Below are positions 21,820 to 33,306 of a stretch of DNA of 64,000 bases, piece by piece. Position 1 is the stretch's first letter. The number at the start of each line of letters is the position of its first letter. The DNA comes from Oikopleura dioica. Its lineage: Eukaryota > Animalia > Chordata. The notes below the pieces were generated by a model that saw nothing but the letters and a program-made list of their open reading frames with translations, was not told where the DNA came from and made no database searches. A program made the translations under genes and the position numbers. The stretch covers positions 2,914,001 through 2,978,000 of the forward strand of contig OU015566.1 of assembly GCA_907165135.1 (NCBI GenBank). Direction: 5' to 3'.

Positions 21820-22090
21820 ATCATTTCATTTTCTTTCATTTATCAATAAATTTGATTTGTTTGTTCATTGAGAATATTTCCTTAGTCATGATCATTGCAT
21901 AAGAACTTAGCGGATTGCGTTCTGCGGAGAATCTTAATGCAAAATTAGTTGACAAAACTTGATAATCAGGCTTTTTTCCCGATGCTCATTATATCTTCCG
22001 GAGTATTTTCAAAACAGAGCAGAATCAATCACAATCATTCCCTCGAAAGTCGTAAATTTGATTCTCAAGAAGAGCAGAAAAGCCCAAATT

Positions 22091-22276
22091 TTAGTCTTCA
22101 ATCGAATTTATTAGCAATGCGATTTGAAATTTTGTGTATCCTCGGCTTCTCAAATTACTGAAAAGATTAAATCTTGTTCTGTAATTTTTCTCTTACCTGC
22201 GAAAATTTTGATTTTCGTTGTCGAAATTATCAATTATTCTCGAAAGAAAAGCAGTGATGAAAGCAAAAATCTTCAT
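22091..22276 (-). CDS. Possible short two-exon peptide gene (~48 aa)
   Basis: MKIFAFITAFLSRIIDNFDNENQNFR|SNLRSRGYTKFQIALLINSIED*. Strong CAG|GTAAG donor, TTTCAG acceptor, TATAAG about 20 nt upstream. Confidence 0.3.
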
Positions 22277-22927
22277 ATTGGATCGTTTAAAACTTATATG
22301 AAAAATGCCTTAGCTGAAAGTAAAGCTTGTAGCAATATCATGATTCAATCAGAGGGCGCTCCTGTGAAGACTTTCGGTGGTACCGCATAATTAGTTACAC
22401 TTACGACTTAATCCTCAAAGATGAGTATTAACTGCCTCAGCATCGTTTTTTACAGTTCGCCTTTTTGACCAAAATATGATTCAATAAAACAATCAAAAAG
22501 GAAGGCGGCGTTCTTGTGACGGTAGAAAATGTCGGCCTCATTCGTCTTATTTGAGCGTCGAATGTCGCAGCAAACAAAAAATGATCATTAGTGTTTGCTT
22601 TCAATGCTTGCAATGGTCGTCTGTTTCTTGACTCAGTCTCATCTAGCGCGCCATTTTTTTCGTAACCCACTACTACGCCTCAGAGAATCCGCCCATTCTA
22701 GAGCTTTTTCAGTCTTAAACTGTCTTCCGTGATTTCTAAGTAGAAGAACAACTTGTCTTCCTTTTTCAAAAATTCGAAAAGCCGCTTGCGGCTCCGATTT
22801 TAGACAAGAAAAAGCCGCACACAGCTCGACTTTCATCTAAATTTCTCGAAACCGCAAGCGGCTTATCGATTTATTCTTTATAAACCCCAAAAATAGCCGC
22901 ATAGAAAGCAATATTTTCAGATAAAAT

Positions 22928-24254
22928 ATGGGATTTGTAAGAACCCTTGGAATATTCCTCGGCTTTTGCGCCACCATTCTTTCGTTCTACTGCCTGATCA
23001 CGCCCTTTTGGGCGACAAACGTCTCAAATAACAACGGCATCCAGACGACCAACCAAAAAGCACTCGGCTTATGGAAGTACTGCGAAAAGCCACAGAATGC
23101 TGGAAACGTAAGTTCTGTCTTCCTCCATTATTTTGGCGCGCTCCTAGCGAAAATCCGGTAGTAAATTGCAAATATTTACTGTCTCAAATTTTGCGCCCTT
23201 CCGATATTTGCCCACCACTCACCGCCATAATCCCTTTTTTGCCTTTTTTTCCCCTTTTTTTTCAAAAAAGAGCACCAGCCGGCATTTTTCTCACCCCAGA
23301 GATGGCGGTTATCAATGTTTTGACCAGTTTTGCCGGATTACTCGCTACTATTGCGAGCATTTACAGTTGCGTTTCGCCCTTTTGGGCAGTAAGCGTGCAG
23401 AATAATAATGGCTTCACGGAAATGCAAAAGAGATATTTTGGATTGTGGCAATTTTGTGCTGGCGGCGATTATTATGGAACGGTAAACCTTTAGATTATGG
23501 TCCTTTTTCATGGATTTTCTTGAAAATAAATTATTATAAAAATTATCCTTTTTTTCATTTTTTTAATTCTTCCTTTTCAGTACCAATGCCAGTCGTTGAG
23601 CCAATTCGGTATCGCCCAGCTCGCCCAGTACGGTATCGTCGGTTTCCGAGTCCTTGTCATTCTCGGCTGCATTTTCGGAACTGGCGGCTTTTTCGCCGGC
23701 GTTGCTTCTTCTGATTCTGTCAATATTGCTTCCACAAAGGTAAGACTTCCTTTTCCCAAGCCGGGTTTGAAGGAAATTTTCAGAAAGACAAGGGACGAGC
23801 AGCAGGCGGCGCGGCTGGAATGTTTTCCCTCGCTGGAGTTTTGATCCTCGCGGCTACTTCCTGGGCGGCGAATTCAATCATCAAGAGATGGAAGCAGCTT
23901 CAGATGGGTGGCGGTGGAATGAGCATCAATGCTGTAAGTTAATGAAAGAAGGAATAGGGGACGAAGGGATCCTTTTCGGACTTCTTCTGCTAAACTATTC
24001 TTTTTAGGGAACTCAGTGGACTTTGGGCGCGGCTATCTACGCCGGCTGGATCGCCGCTGCTATTTACATTGGCGTCGCAATCATCATGTTCATGGGCTGC
24101 TGCCAGAGCTCGGGCGATGACGAAGACGAATACGAAGATGACTACCGTTAGTTCCAAAACCTATCGAAATCGCGTTAACAGTTCTTTTTCAGGAGGAGCT
24201 CCTGCTGCGTACGCCGAGTCGGGATATTCCCAAGGCCGAAAAGAATTCGTCTAA
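22928..24254 (+). CDS. Claudin with two alternative first exons (22928-23107 or 23302-23481) and shared downstream exons from 23581
   Basis: Both first exons encode TM1 + W...GLW..C. The shared exon begins YQC (second ECL1 Cys). TM2-4, WTLGAAIYAGW, CC after TM4 and a PDZ-type KEFV* tail follow. Confidence 0.88.
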
Positions 24255-24726
24255 TTCTGCCAAAAAATGAAATAATGATAGAAATCCAATCATTCCTCTG
24301 TTCTTCTTTACTATCAACTTATCAGAATAAAAACAAGCAATAGAAAAACCTATTAGCCTCAAATCATTTATCCTTCAAATTTTGACTCAAAACACAAATA
24401 ACAGGCGCTAGAATTTTATAATATTCAGAGAAATAGAATCCTAGAGAAAATTTTCCGTTCCAAAAAGGTCGTAAAAATCCTGAGAAATATCGTTATTCTT
24501 CTTGCAGCTTCAAGTCTAGAAAATATCATTCGCCTATTTGAATTTTCACCCTTCTTCCTAATTGGCCACTCTTTGCACTGAGGTTTTTTCATCAAACTTT
24601 TCATTTGTCGTTTTCTTTCGTCAGAATTAATCTGAATTTTCGCTTTGTTTTCATTTTGTGAGAGAATTACTGTGTATTTTTTCTAGCTCGAAAATATATT
24701 TTCACAAGAGAATTTCAGATAATTTG

Positions 24727-26127
24727 ATGATGAAAAGTGTTAGCAAGATGAAGAAAGAAAAAGAGATAAAGGGGGAAATAAAGGAAGAGCCAGTTGAAGG
24801 AAACGAGTTTTTGATTAGGCATTCTTTGATAAGCGCAATTTGCGCTGCGCAAATTTGATAACAACAATTTTAAACTCATGAGAAGTCAAGGAAGAGCCAG
24901 AAGGCACCTTTGTCGGAATAGCTGAGAAAGTAAAGGACAACCCGCGAAAAGCGAAAACAAAGAAGAAAATCAAGGATGAAAACTCAAACAAGGTCCCCGA
25001 CAAGTCTCATCAGGTCGATCTTTTTGCGACTGCCTTAGCAACTGGCGATCAAATAATTGAAAAACAGGAAGGTTTTTTTTTGATATAATTTGACGAAAAA
25101 GGGAGAGGCCAAAAATAAACCCAAAAAGACAAAGAAGAAGAAATCAAAGAAATATAAGAATTCGGAAGGCAAGAAGAAAATCAAAGAAGAAGGGTCACGG
25201 AAAGATGTAAAGACAGAGCCAGATGATTCTTCATATGGAGAATCTCTCCAAAAAGAAGATCGAAAGAAAACGCTTAGGCCAAAAAAGAAAGATGTTCGTC
25301 GAGAAGCCAAAATCGAGAATGCGTCCGATGAAACTTCAGAAGATTCAAAACTCCCTCAAAGGAAGAAGCAAGAAAGAAAACCGAAAAACCCTGATTTCTC
25401 GAAGAAAAAGCCGTTTCAGGTCTGTTCGTTATCCAAAAAAACAGTTTTCGAATTTTTATAGTGCGAAGTTTGTGGAAATCGTTTCAAGACCAAGGCTACT
25501 CTTAAAGCTCACACGAAGAAATTTCATGAAGAGAAGACGGTCAAGCAAGAGCCGAATAAGGAAATCAAGGAGGAAGAAATGGTAAACGAAGAACCCATAG
25601 AAGGTTTTGTCTTCAAAGAACCATATCTTCCGAGACGATTCATTCCACTCAAGTAAGCCAAAATCAAAATTTTTTGAGCATTGTTAAACCCTTTTTCGAG
25701 CTCGTTTTCGAGCCAACAGCTTCTATTTAACAATTTCTTCAGCAAGCCGTTGAACCAGTTTGCGAAACCGCCTTTTATCGGCCCAAAAACGCGCCAAAAC
25801 GACTCAAAGAAAACTTGAAAATCAAAGCCCGGCGAATCATCAACAACGTGGTCCACTACAATATTGAAGATGAACGATGGGTGCCGATTTTCGAGGTGGA
25901 TAATTACGATGATATCGTCGAATACGAGAAGTACAAGTCGAAGATTCGAAAAGAAAAGGGCTTTACCTTATTTAATTTGAGATTTTTTTCTCTAAATTTG
26001 AAATAATTTAAACAGAGATACCCTTATTTCAGGATCGGAAGCGGATCTTTTTGTCCCAGAAGATGAAGAAGTCGAAGAAAATGAAGAAGAAATTGCGAAG
26101 GAAACAAAAAAGTTGGAGATCAAATAA
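24727..26127 (+). CDS. Lys/Glu-rich nuclear protein with one C2H2 zinc finger and a chromodomain-like C-terminal module
   Basis: KPFQ|CEVCGNRFKTKATLKAHTKKFH; KIKARRIINNVVHYNIEDERWVPIFEVDNYDDIVEYE; many psi-K-x-E motifs. Start approximate. Confidence 0.65.
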
Positions 26128-26511
26128 TTTTACAAATGTTTTTGAGTTCAAAAAATATTTTAACTGCCACTAAAGTCGCTCCAAATTGCCATATCAATTG
26201 AAAATAAACACAATTTTCGAAATTTTACATTTAGAGATGATTTTTTTATTACAGAAAAAAATAGTGACAGAATAAATAAGTGTTCTCATTTTGCATATTG
26301 CCGGCCTGAAATTGAAGGATTATTTTATTTTTCAAGTCTCAATTCTGCGGCTTTGACTATAAAAAAACAATGATAAGCAAAAATTAAGGGGTTAAAAAAC
26401 AAAATTCCAGGCAGAAAAGTCTGCTTGATTGGGGGTTTATATTTAGGGAAGCATTTTTTTACCTTCAAAACCAACAAATAAACAAGCAAAACAACAAAAC
26501 AAAACACGGAA

Positions 26512-28241
26512 TCACAAAAACTCTTTACTGTCAAAGACGTGGTAAGGAAATTTTTTGATGAATCCATCAATGAATTGCAGTCCCAGCAAACTCGAGCTAG
26601 AATGGATCGACAGCCAGGGCGAGTAAATCGTCATTGACAAGACTCCAGGAATGACTACGTCGGTTACACCGGAGACGCCGCTTTTCGCCGGGACGCCGTA
26701 TTTGAAAGCGAAACGGCCAGAATAGTCGTACATTCCACAGGTGAACATGAGACTGAGAGCGCGTTTCACAGATCGAATTGGGAGGACGGATTCGCCTGTG
26801 ATGGGATTGATGCCTCGATTGGCAAGGCAGGCGGACATGATGCTCTGGATCTCTGTCGTGACCTGAAAAAAGCTAGCCTCTTTTTAATTTTGAAACTGAC
26901 TGTACCTCTATACTACAGAGTTGATAATACAGATCGAGATTCTTGAGTAGTTGTTCTTCTGATTGGATCATTCCTTTCCAGCAGCCCATTCTGAAGATAA
27001 AAAAGAATATTTTGGATAAAGAAAAATAACTTACGTCATCATATAATTGACCGCCGCCTTGTTCATAAACCCAACTTCGAGCTCCGACTTGTAAACGGGC
27101 ATATTACAGGAGAGCGTAGACCGACTGCCAGTGAGCTTTTTGTAATGCTCGAGGAAGTAATTGAAGCGATGCGAAAGCGGCTGCTCGTGATGCACCAGTG
27201 AGCAGGTCATGATTGCGCCCATGTTGATCATCGGATTGAAGGGACGGCCTTGATTGTCGAGGATGATTTTGTTGAAGGCTTGGCCGGAGGGCTCGTGCCC
27301 GACAAACTCGTGGAGGACGTCGTCCAGGGCGGCATGGGTGATTCCATAAGTATAAGGCTTTTCATTGGTCGAAAAAAGAATAGTTTTGTTAAGGGCGTCA
27401 CTCTGCTAAGGACCATTTCCTTTGAAGTACTCTGCATCGTGTAATAAATATCCGAGTCGCCAAGATGCATCCTCTGTCCATCAACAGTACAAATCGAAAC
27501 GGCAAATAAAGAAGTATCGACTTCGCTGAGCTGCGGAATATAATCCGGCAGACGGCAGATTTTGACTTTTCCATTCCGGTCGATAATTGAACAATCAAGT
27601 TTTGAGCTTTGATCAATTTCCAGGTCGCGAACTTCGTCGAAAATCTCCTCGCAGGATTTTTCAAATGACTCCCAATCAGTTACTAGAAAATAATTGAGAA
27701 AAGACAAAATAAGGGCGTACCTTTGAGATTGTTGACGAGTCCATTTAAAATCCTCTGTTGCTCGAAGTCTGACTGTTTCTCTATAATTCCCACAAATTCT
27801 TCTTTTGTATAAGTTTCTCGCTCTCGTAAATCTCGGAAAAGATTGAAAGTTCTTCCTTCCAAGCCGCGTTTTGAAAGGACATTTCTTAGTTTTCGTGAAG
27901 TTATACCGATCAGATCTGGCAAATGCGGCGGTGAGGATGACGTGTCCTTGGATTTAACCAATGAGAGCCAGTCCTCGCTCGCTCGATCTGAGAGGGCTTC
28001 AGATCCAGATTTGCGGCCGCCGCAGCTACCAAATCTGATCGGTATCATTCTCTAGAAAAAGTCGTTTTATTTTTAATCGAAGCTAGAAGTTTACCGAGGT
28101 TTACGTCCGAAAGAGCTTGTGACCAATTGTGCGCTTTTCTTAAGATTCTTCTGGTCAATCTAATTAATTATTCAGACCTTCAGTAATTACTAGAAATGAT
28201 TTTATTGCTTCGATTTCTCACCTTTGCGCGCCCAAATTCAT
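26512..28241 (-). CDS. GLS: Glutaminase
   Basis: DYIPQL, SICTVDGQR, MQSTSKPY (catalytic SxxK), HEPSG, NPMINMGAI, TCGMYDYSG.FAF..GVPAKSGVSG. Confidence 0.93.
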
Positions 28242-28596
28242 TTTTTCTCTTTTTTTCTGCTTTCTGTCTCTTTCAGAAAAACATTGACCGCCTGCGACTT
28301 TTTGTTCTAGAGCGCGTGACCTTTCTTTCCAAACAAAATTTCTATAACAAAGTCTTGGCAATATAAATCGGGGAGGGAAAAAGAGGAGTGATGAGAGCTG
28401 AAGGCTCGTGTTTAGGGGATTAACAATTCCCTTGAGGGAGTTTGGAGAGACAAAGTAGTGGGGTCACAAAAGTATGTGCTTTTCTTGCAATAACTTTGTC
28501 ATGAAAATTACGTTATTTTCTTGATTTTGCCGATATACACAAAGACACATTTTTAGTTTAATGATTTTTATTGCGAAGAATCAGAAAACAGATTGT

Positions 28597-28981
28597 TTAT
28601 TTCAAGGGCTCGTAGCACTCATCGTCCGAGTCGAGATTGTATGGCCAGTCGCAGATTTTGTACTCGTCGTTCCAGACAAGACCTGAAATGTGCATTTTTT
28701 CACCAATTATCAAGTAGTTTACCGATCGGGCAGAAAAGCTTGTCCCCAACGCTTCCTCGCTCCCAGCATCGGAAATAAGAGCTGCAATCTAAAACAACGA
28801 TTATACTCTCTTCTTTCGAAAACGAGTCACCTTTTGGGTTCAAGTAGGTCCCATTCAAGCAAAACCCAGTATCTGGGTAATGAGTATCTGGCTTGTCCTG
28901 GCAGTAGTTGTTGCAGAAGGCCATGGCTTCTTGGTCATGATTCTGGGCCTGAACAAAAGCGGCGAGAAAAAGGAGCTTCAT
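28597..28981 (-). CDS. Secreted chitin-binding (CBM14/peritrophin-A) protein
   Basis: Signal peptide, then FCLNGTYLNPK|DCSSYFRC...FCPIG|LVWNDEYKICDWPYNLDSDDEC, the six-Cys spacing of CBM14. Confidence 0.85.
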
Positions 28982-29203
28982 ATCTGTATCTTTTTATGCT
29001 GCTCATTTCATTTTCTGCTGAAGAATTAAGCGAACAGATGATGAGATTCTCAACAATAGGAAATTTTCTAGGAGAAGAAAGGGCGATTCAGTGACAGAAT
29101 CCGTCATTTGGCAAATATTGGATTTGACCCACTTCCAGTCGGACTCATTATTAGCTAATCACCATAATACAAGAAAATAGCAAGAGACAAAAATCGCAAG
29201 AAA

Positions 29204-30538
29204 ATGAGCAAAGTTGTTCTTTTTACCCCCGGGTCGATATTTCTCCTTGGAGTCGGGGGCTGGTTCATGACTTATGGAATCGGAATCAGTGATCCCCAGC
29301 ATCTTGTTAGACGTAAGACTAGATTTATTTAGGGAGTCCCCAGAAAGATCGCTTTTCTAGTTCCTGATTGGCCGACAATCTCAAATACAGGGTCATTTCC
29401 GCCAGAATCTTGCGTTTTCTCGCAGTTACTCAATACAACAGGAAAATGTTTATTCATTTAGAAAAAAAACAACAGACAGAAATCTTTTGAAGACATTTTC
29501 GGAGCAATTATCGGCCTCTTCGTCACCGTCGTCTTCTTCAAATACACTCAAGCAATCGGCGCTGACGATAGTCTAGCAAAAGCAACAGCGGTTCTTGGAA
29601 TCATTCAAATGTTCGGAGTGATGCTGGTCGGAAATTTTCAATTTACGTCTATTCGGTTTGTTCACTTTTTCGGGGCTACTCTTGCGTTTGGTTGTGGATT
29701 GGCCTTGGCGCTTTGTATTTCAATAATGAGCGCGGGGAAACTCATGTCGCCGAAGTGGTTGGTTTGGACGAGGATTGGGATTACTACGATTGCTTTTGCT
29801 TCGGGAATCATAAGTATGCTTTTTTCAGATAATTGATAACATCATAAAAATGCCATTTCTTAGATGAGTAAGAATCGATGCCATTTTTTTCATAGAATTT
29901 GATAATTTACTTTTGACAATTTATTGGTAAATAATTTTACAAAAATAACAGGGTTGAAATACCGAAGCCCAAGCTCGCATTCTCTTTTTTGATAAGGTTT
30001 TCGTTTAAAAATTGTGCAGCAAGTAGAGAGAATAAAAGATCGGAGAAAAAGTTCGGGCGTGTTTCAGGTTGTCTTATTTATTTCTTTACTCCGATAAAAG
30101 AATAATAATTCCTGTTTGTAACGAATCATTTCATTTTTGAATATGACAAAAAAAACTCATTTTCTTGGAGACTTGTATCGTAAAAATAGTTATTGCTGGT
30201 TCGGGTCATCATTTTTATGGCGGCAAACTGAAGAGCGTCATTTTTGCAAAAAAAATATTAATTAATTATTCATCTAAAATCTGACTTCAGTGCTCGTGTC
30301 GGCTTTTCAACAAGGCGATCCAGCAGAAGCCGACTACTCACGTTTCTGGGCAAATATGACGGATGCCTTTGAGTGGTCTTTGGGAATTTCACTTCTTTGC
30401 TTCTACTGCTCGCTGACGTATGAGTTTTCAAAGATCAAGTCGACGAAATTTTCAATAACGCTGGATTCGGTAACCACGGTGAAATCTGAAAATGGTGATG
30501 GGAGAAGGGAGGTGGAATCAGAAGAGCATCGATTCTAG
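29204..30538 (+). CDS. DRAM/TMEM150 (Frag1/Sfk1) family membrane protein
   Basis: PTISNTGSFPPESCVFSQLLN, LVGNFQ, VHFFGATLAFG, AFEW and EF motifs; six TM segments. Confidence 0.85.
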
Positions 30539-30965
30539 ATTCTAGCGATTCGTTTCAGAAGAAATTTTATAGAAAAGAGACGCTGACGCCCAGACAATTA
30601 CGACTGAATTGAGCATCGATTAAAGCCTGTTATATATTTTCTTGTGAATTTATTTAATAAAGATGTCACTTTTCCCGACGCGCGGAAATTTATTCTCCTC
30701 TCAAAAAACATGAGATCAAAGTTGCACAAGCATTCAATTTGCATTGGAACGTAAGATGCATGCTGTTTGCGTGCTGATTTTTATATCGGAATTTTGGCAC
30801 ACCGCGCTCAATAAACTTTGCTAATCATTATCCTTGTGGTAGGGCACTTGCATTTGTCCAAACGAATTTCTTTCTTCTCTGACACAGTTATCAGTATCAG
30901 TCTTTTTTCGCAAAAGAGAGCAGCAGTCACTTAATCAAAAGAAGAGCTAAATAACAACACAGAAA

Positions 30966-33093
30966 ATGGGCTGCGGGAAAGGTTTTTGTACAGAGAGAAG
31001 AACTTGATAGTGCCGCCCTGAGCCGCTTTTTGCCGCTCTGCGCCGCCTTGCGCCGGCATAGAAAATTCGATTTAATAGATAACATCTATTTTGAATCACT
31101 CCTAACAAATTCTTTAATTTTCGAGCCAGTTACTAGCATTTGACTGACTATTTACTTTTTTTCTTTTCTGGACAAACAGTCGGCCCATGTTCTCAAACAA
31201 ACAAATCTAACTACCGCAAAAAACCAACATAAAGTCTTATCATCGCAACCTTCGCCATCCTAATCGGCTCATGGTGGAACATGGGTTGGGCGATTGGAGT
31301 CCTTAATCCGCTTGGTGGCGCTATGGAGGAACTTTTCGACAAATGCGGATCAGCTGCTTTCGATGAATTCGACTTGACCTGGTCTTTTACTACGGGTCTT
31401 TGGACAATCGGAGGAGCCATCGGAGCCGTTTTGGGAGGACCAGCGTCGAATTTGTGGTTCATTGGACGCAAAAGAGGGTTATTTGTGACTTGCGGATTGA
31501 TGGCTCTTGGATCATATTTGGAAGCTCATCCGTTTTTCTTTGCGTACGCGAATGATTATAATGAGTGTGCTGGAGATTATGACTTTATTCTTGCTGGAAG
31601 ATTTTTCTCAGGTAAAAATTCTGACGAATTGAGCCCTAAAATCTTCATTCTTAGGAATTGCTTGTGGTCTTACAACTGCTATCGCCCCAGTCTACCTCAA
31701 TGAAATCGCCCCTAAAAAGTGGAAAGGTCTTTTTGGCAATTTGAACCAGTTCACCTGTGTCATTGGAAACCTCTTCGTTTGGGTAGTTGGGCTCAAGCAA
31801 GTCACTGGCTCGATGGATTGCAAAGTCCCTCTGAACGATGATAATGAATGTCCGGCGGAAGAACAAGATATTGGACCAATCAACAGGTGAAATCAACAAG
31901 GAAACCCCGTTTTCTAATTATTCTTATTATTGCGAATTTCTAGATTTTCACTGACTCTTGGTCTCCCCCTCGTTTTCTGCGCTGTTCAGATCATCATTCT
32001 TCCATTCATCTGGGAGTCACCATCGCACTTGGCAAAATTCTCCCTCGATCGAGCGGCCAAAGCTGCAAAATACTACGGAGCCGAGGTTGAAGACGATTCC
32101 GGAGCTGACAAACCAGGTATAGAATTTTCTCATTTTCGTCTTCTTTCATGATTTCAGTCTATCCACGACTCGGCTGCTGCCAACCGCTTTTCTTCAAGCC
32201 CCTCATTGCCGCGATCATTCTTCATCTTTCCCAGCAGCTCAGCGGAATCAACGCCATCTTCTTCTATTCAACTCGTAAGAAAATGCTCCCTAAGCAAGGC
32301 CTAAAATTCCCTCAGAGATCTTCACGAGCGCTGGTGTTTCGGACCCAGAAGTGGCCACTTGCTTCATTGGCGTGATCTCCCTCATTTTCTGCGGCGCTTC
32401 TCTTGGTCTCGTCGGCTGTGCTGGAGGCAAAACGCTCCATACGTATGGAATCGGGCTCATTGGCATATGCGCTGGAATTATGGCGCTTCTTCTCGGCATT
32501 TTCCTCGAAGACGATTCTTATAATCAAGATGCTGTTTCCACCTCCGCCATTGTCTTTGTTCTGGTAAAGTTAAACTTCGAAATTTCCTTCAATCATTTTT
32601 CATAGACTTTTGTGGCTATCTTCCAATGCGGACCAGGTCCAATTCCATGGGGAATGGCGGCGGAACTTTTTGATGACACAAACAGGTAATTTTCTCGATG
32701 ATGTTCAAAATGATCCGTTCTTCTATCAGATCCCGAGCAACTGCTATCGGATGTCTGTTCAACTGGGGGGCCAACACTGCTGTCGCCTTCGGTTTCCCTC
32801 TCCTTGAGGTATAAAAAGCTCATCAACCCTTTTTCAATCAAATCTAGGCATCGATGGGTGGTCATGTTTTCTGGATCTTTTGCGGCTTCAACATCATCTT
32901 CTTCTTCCTGCTCCTCTTTTTCGTCCCTGAGACAAAAGGAAAAACCCTCCGAGAAATCCAAGCCTTCTTTATTCCTTCAATTCTCGATGAGCCGGAAAAC
33001 TTCGCCGTGGTTGTGCCCGAATACAACGACGCTTTCAAGGATGAAGAAAACAAGGACAAAAGCGAGTTGAAGAGTGAAGAATGTGATTTTTAA
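30966..33093 (+). CDS. SLC2A/GLUT-like sugar porter, tandem copy 1
   Basis: GRKRG, GRFFSG, PVYLNEIAP...KGLFG, QQLSGINAIFFYS, GPGPIPW, NW, VPETKGKT. Confidence 0.9.
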
Positions 33094-33306
33094 AAACGAC
33101 TTCTGATAGCTGTAAATTTAAGGCAATCCTGTCATTATTTTTCACTGTACGATGAATATACTGAACTTCAGTTTATGTTCTGTAAACTTTGCTTGTCAAT
33201 TTCCCTGTGGGAAAAATCATTGATTTCATCAAACAGAAAAAAATTCCCTGGCCTACATTTTTTCTCAGATAAAGAATTAAACGCTTATTTTATAAGAAAA
33301 CAGGAA

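Noticed and set aside
22437-22836. Minus-strand ORFs upstream of the claudin
   Set aside because: No recognisable domain or convincing splice model; the region may simply be the claudin promoter with repeated AAGCCGC motifs.
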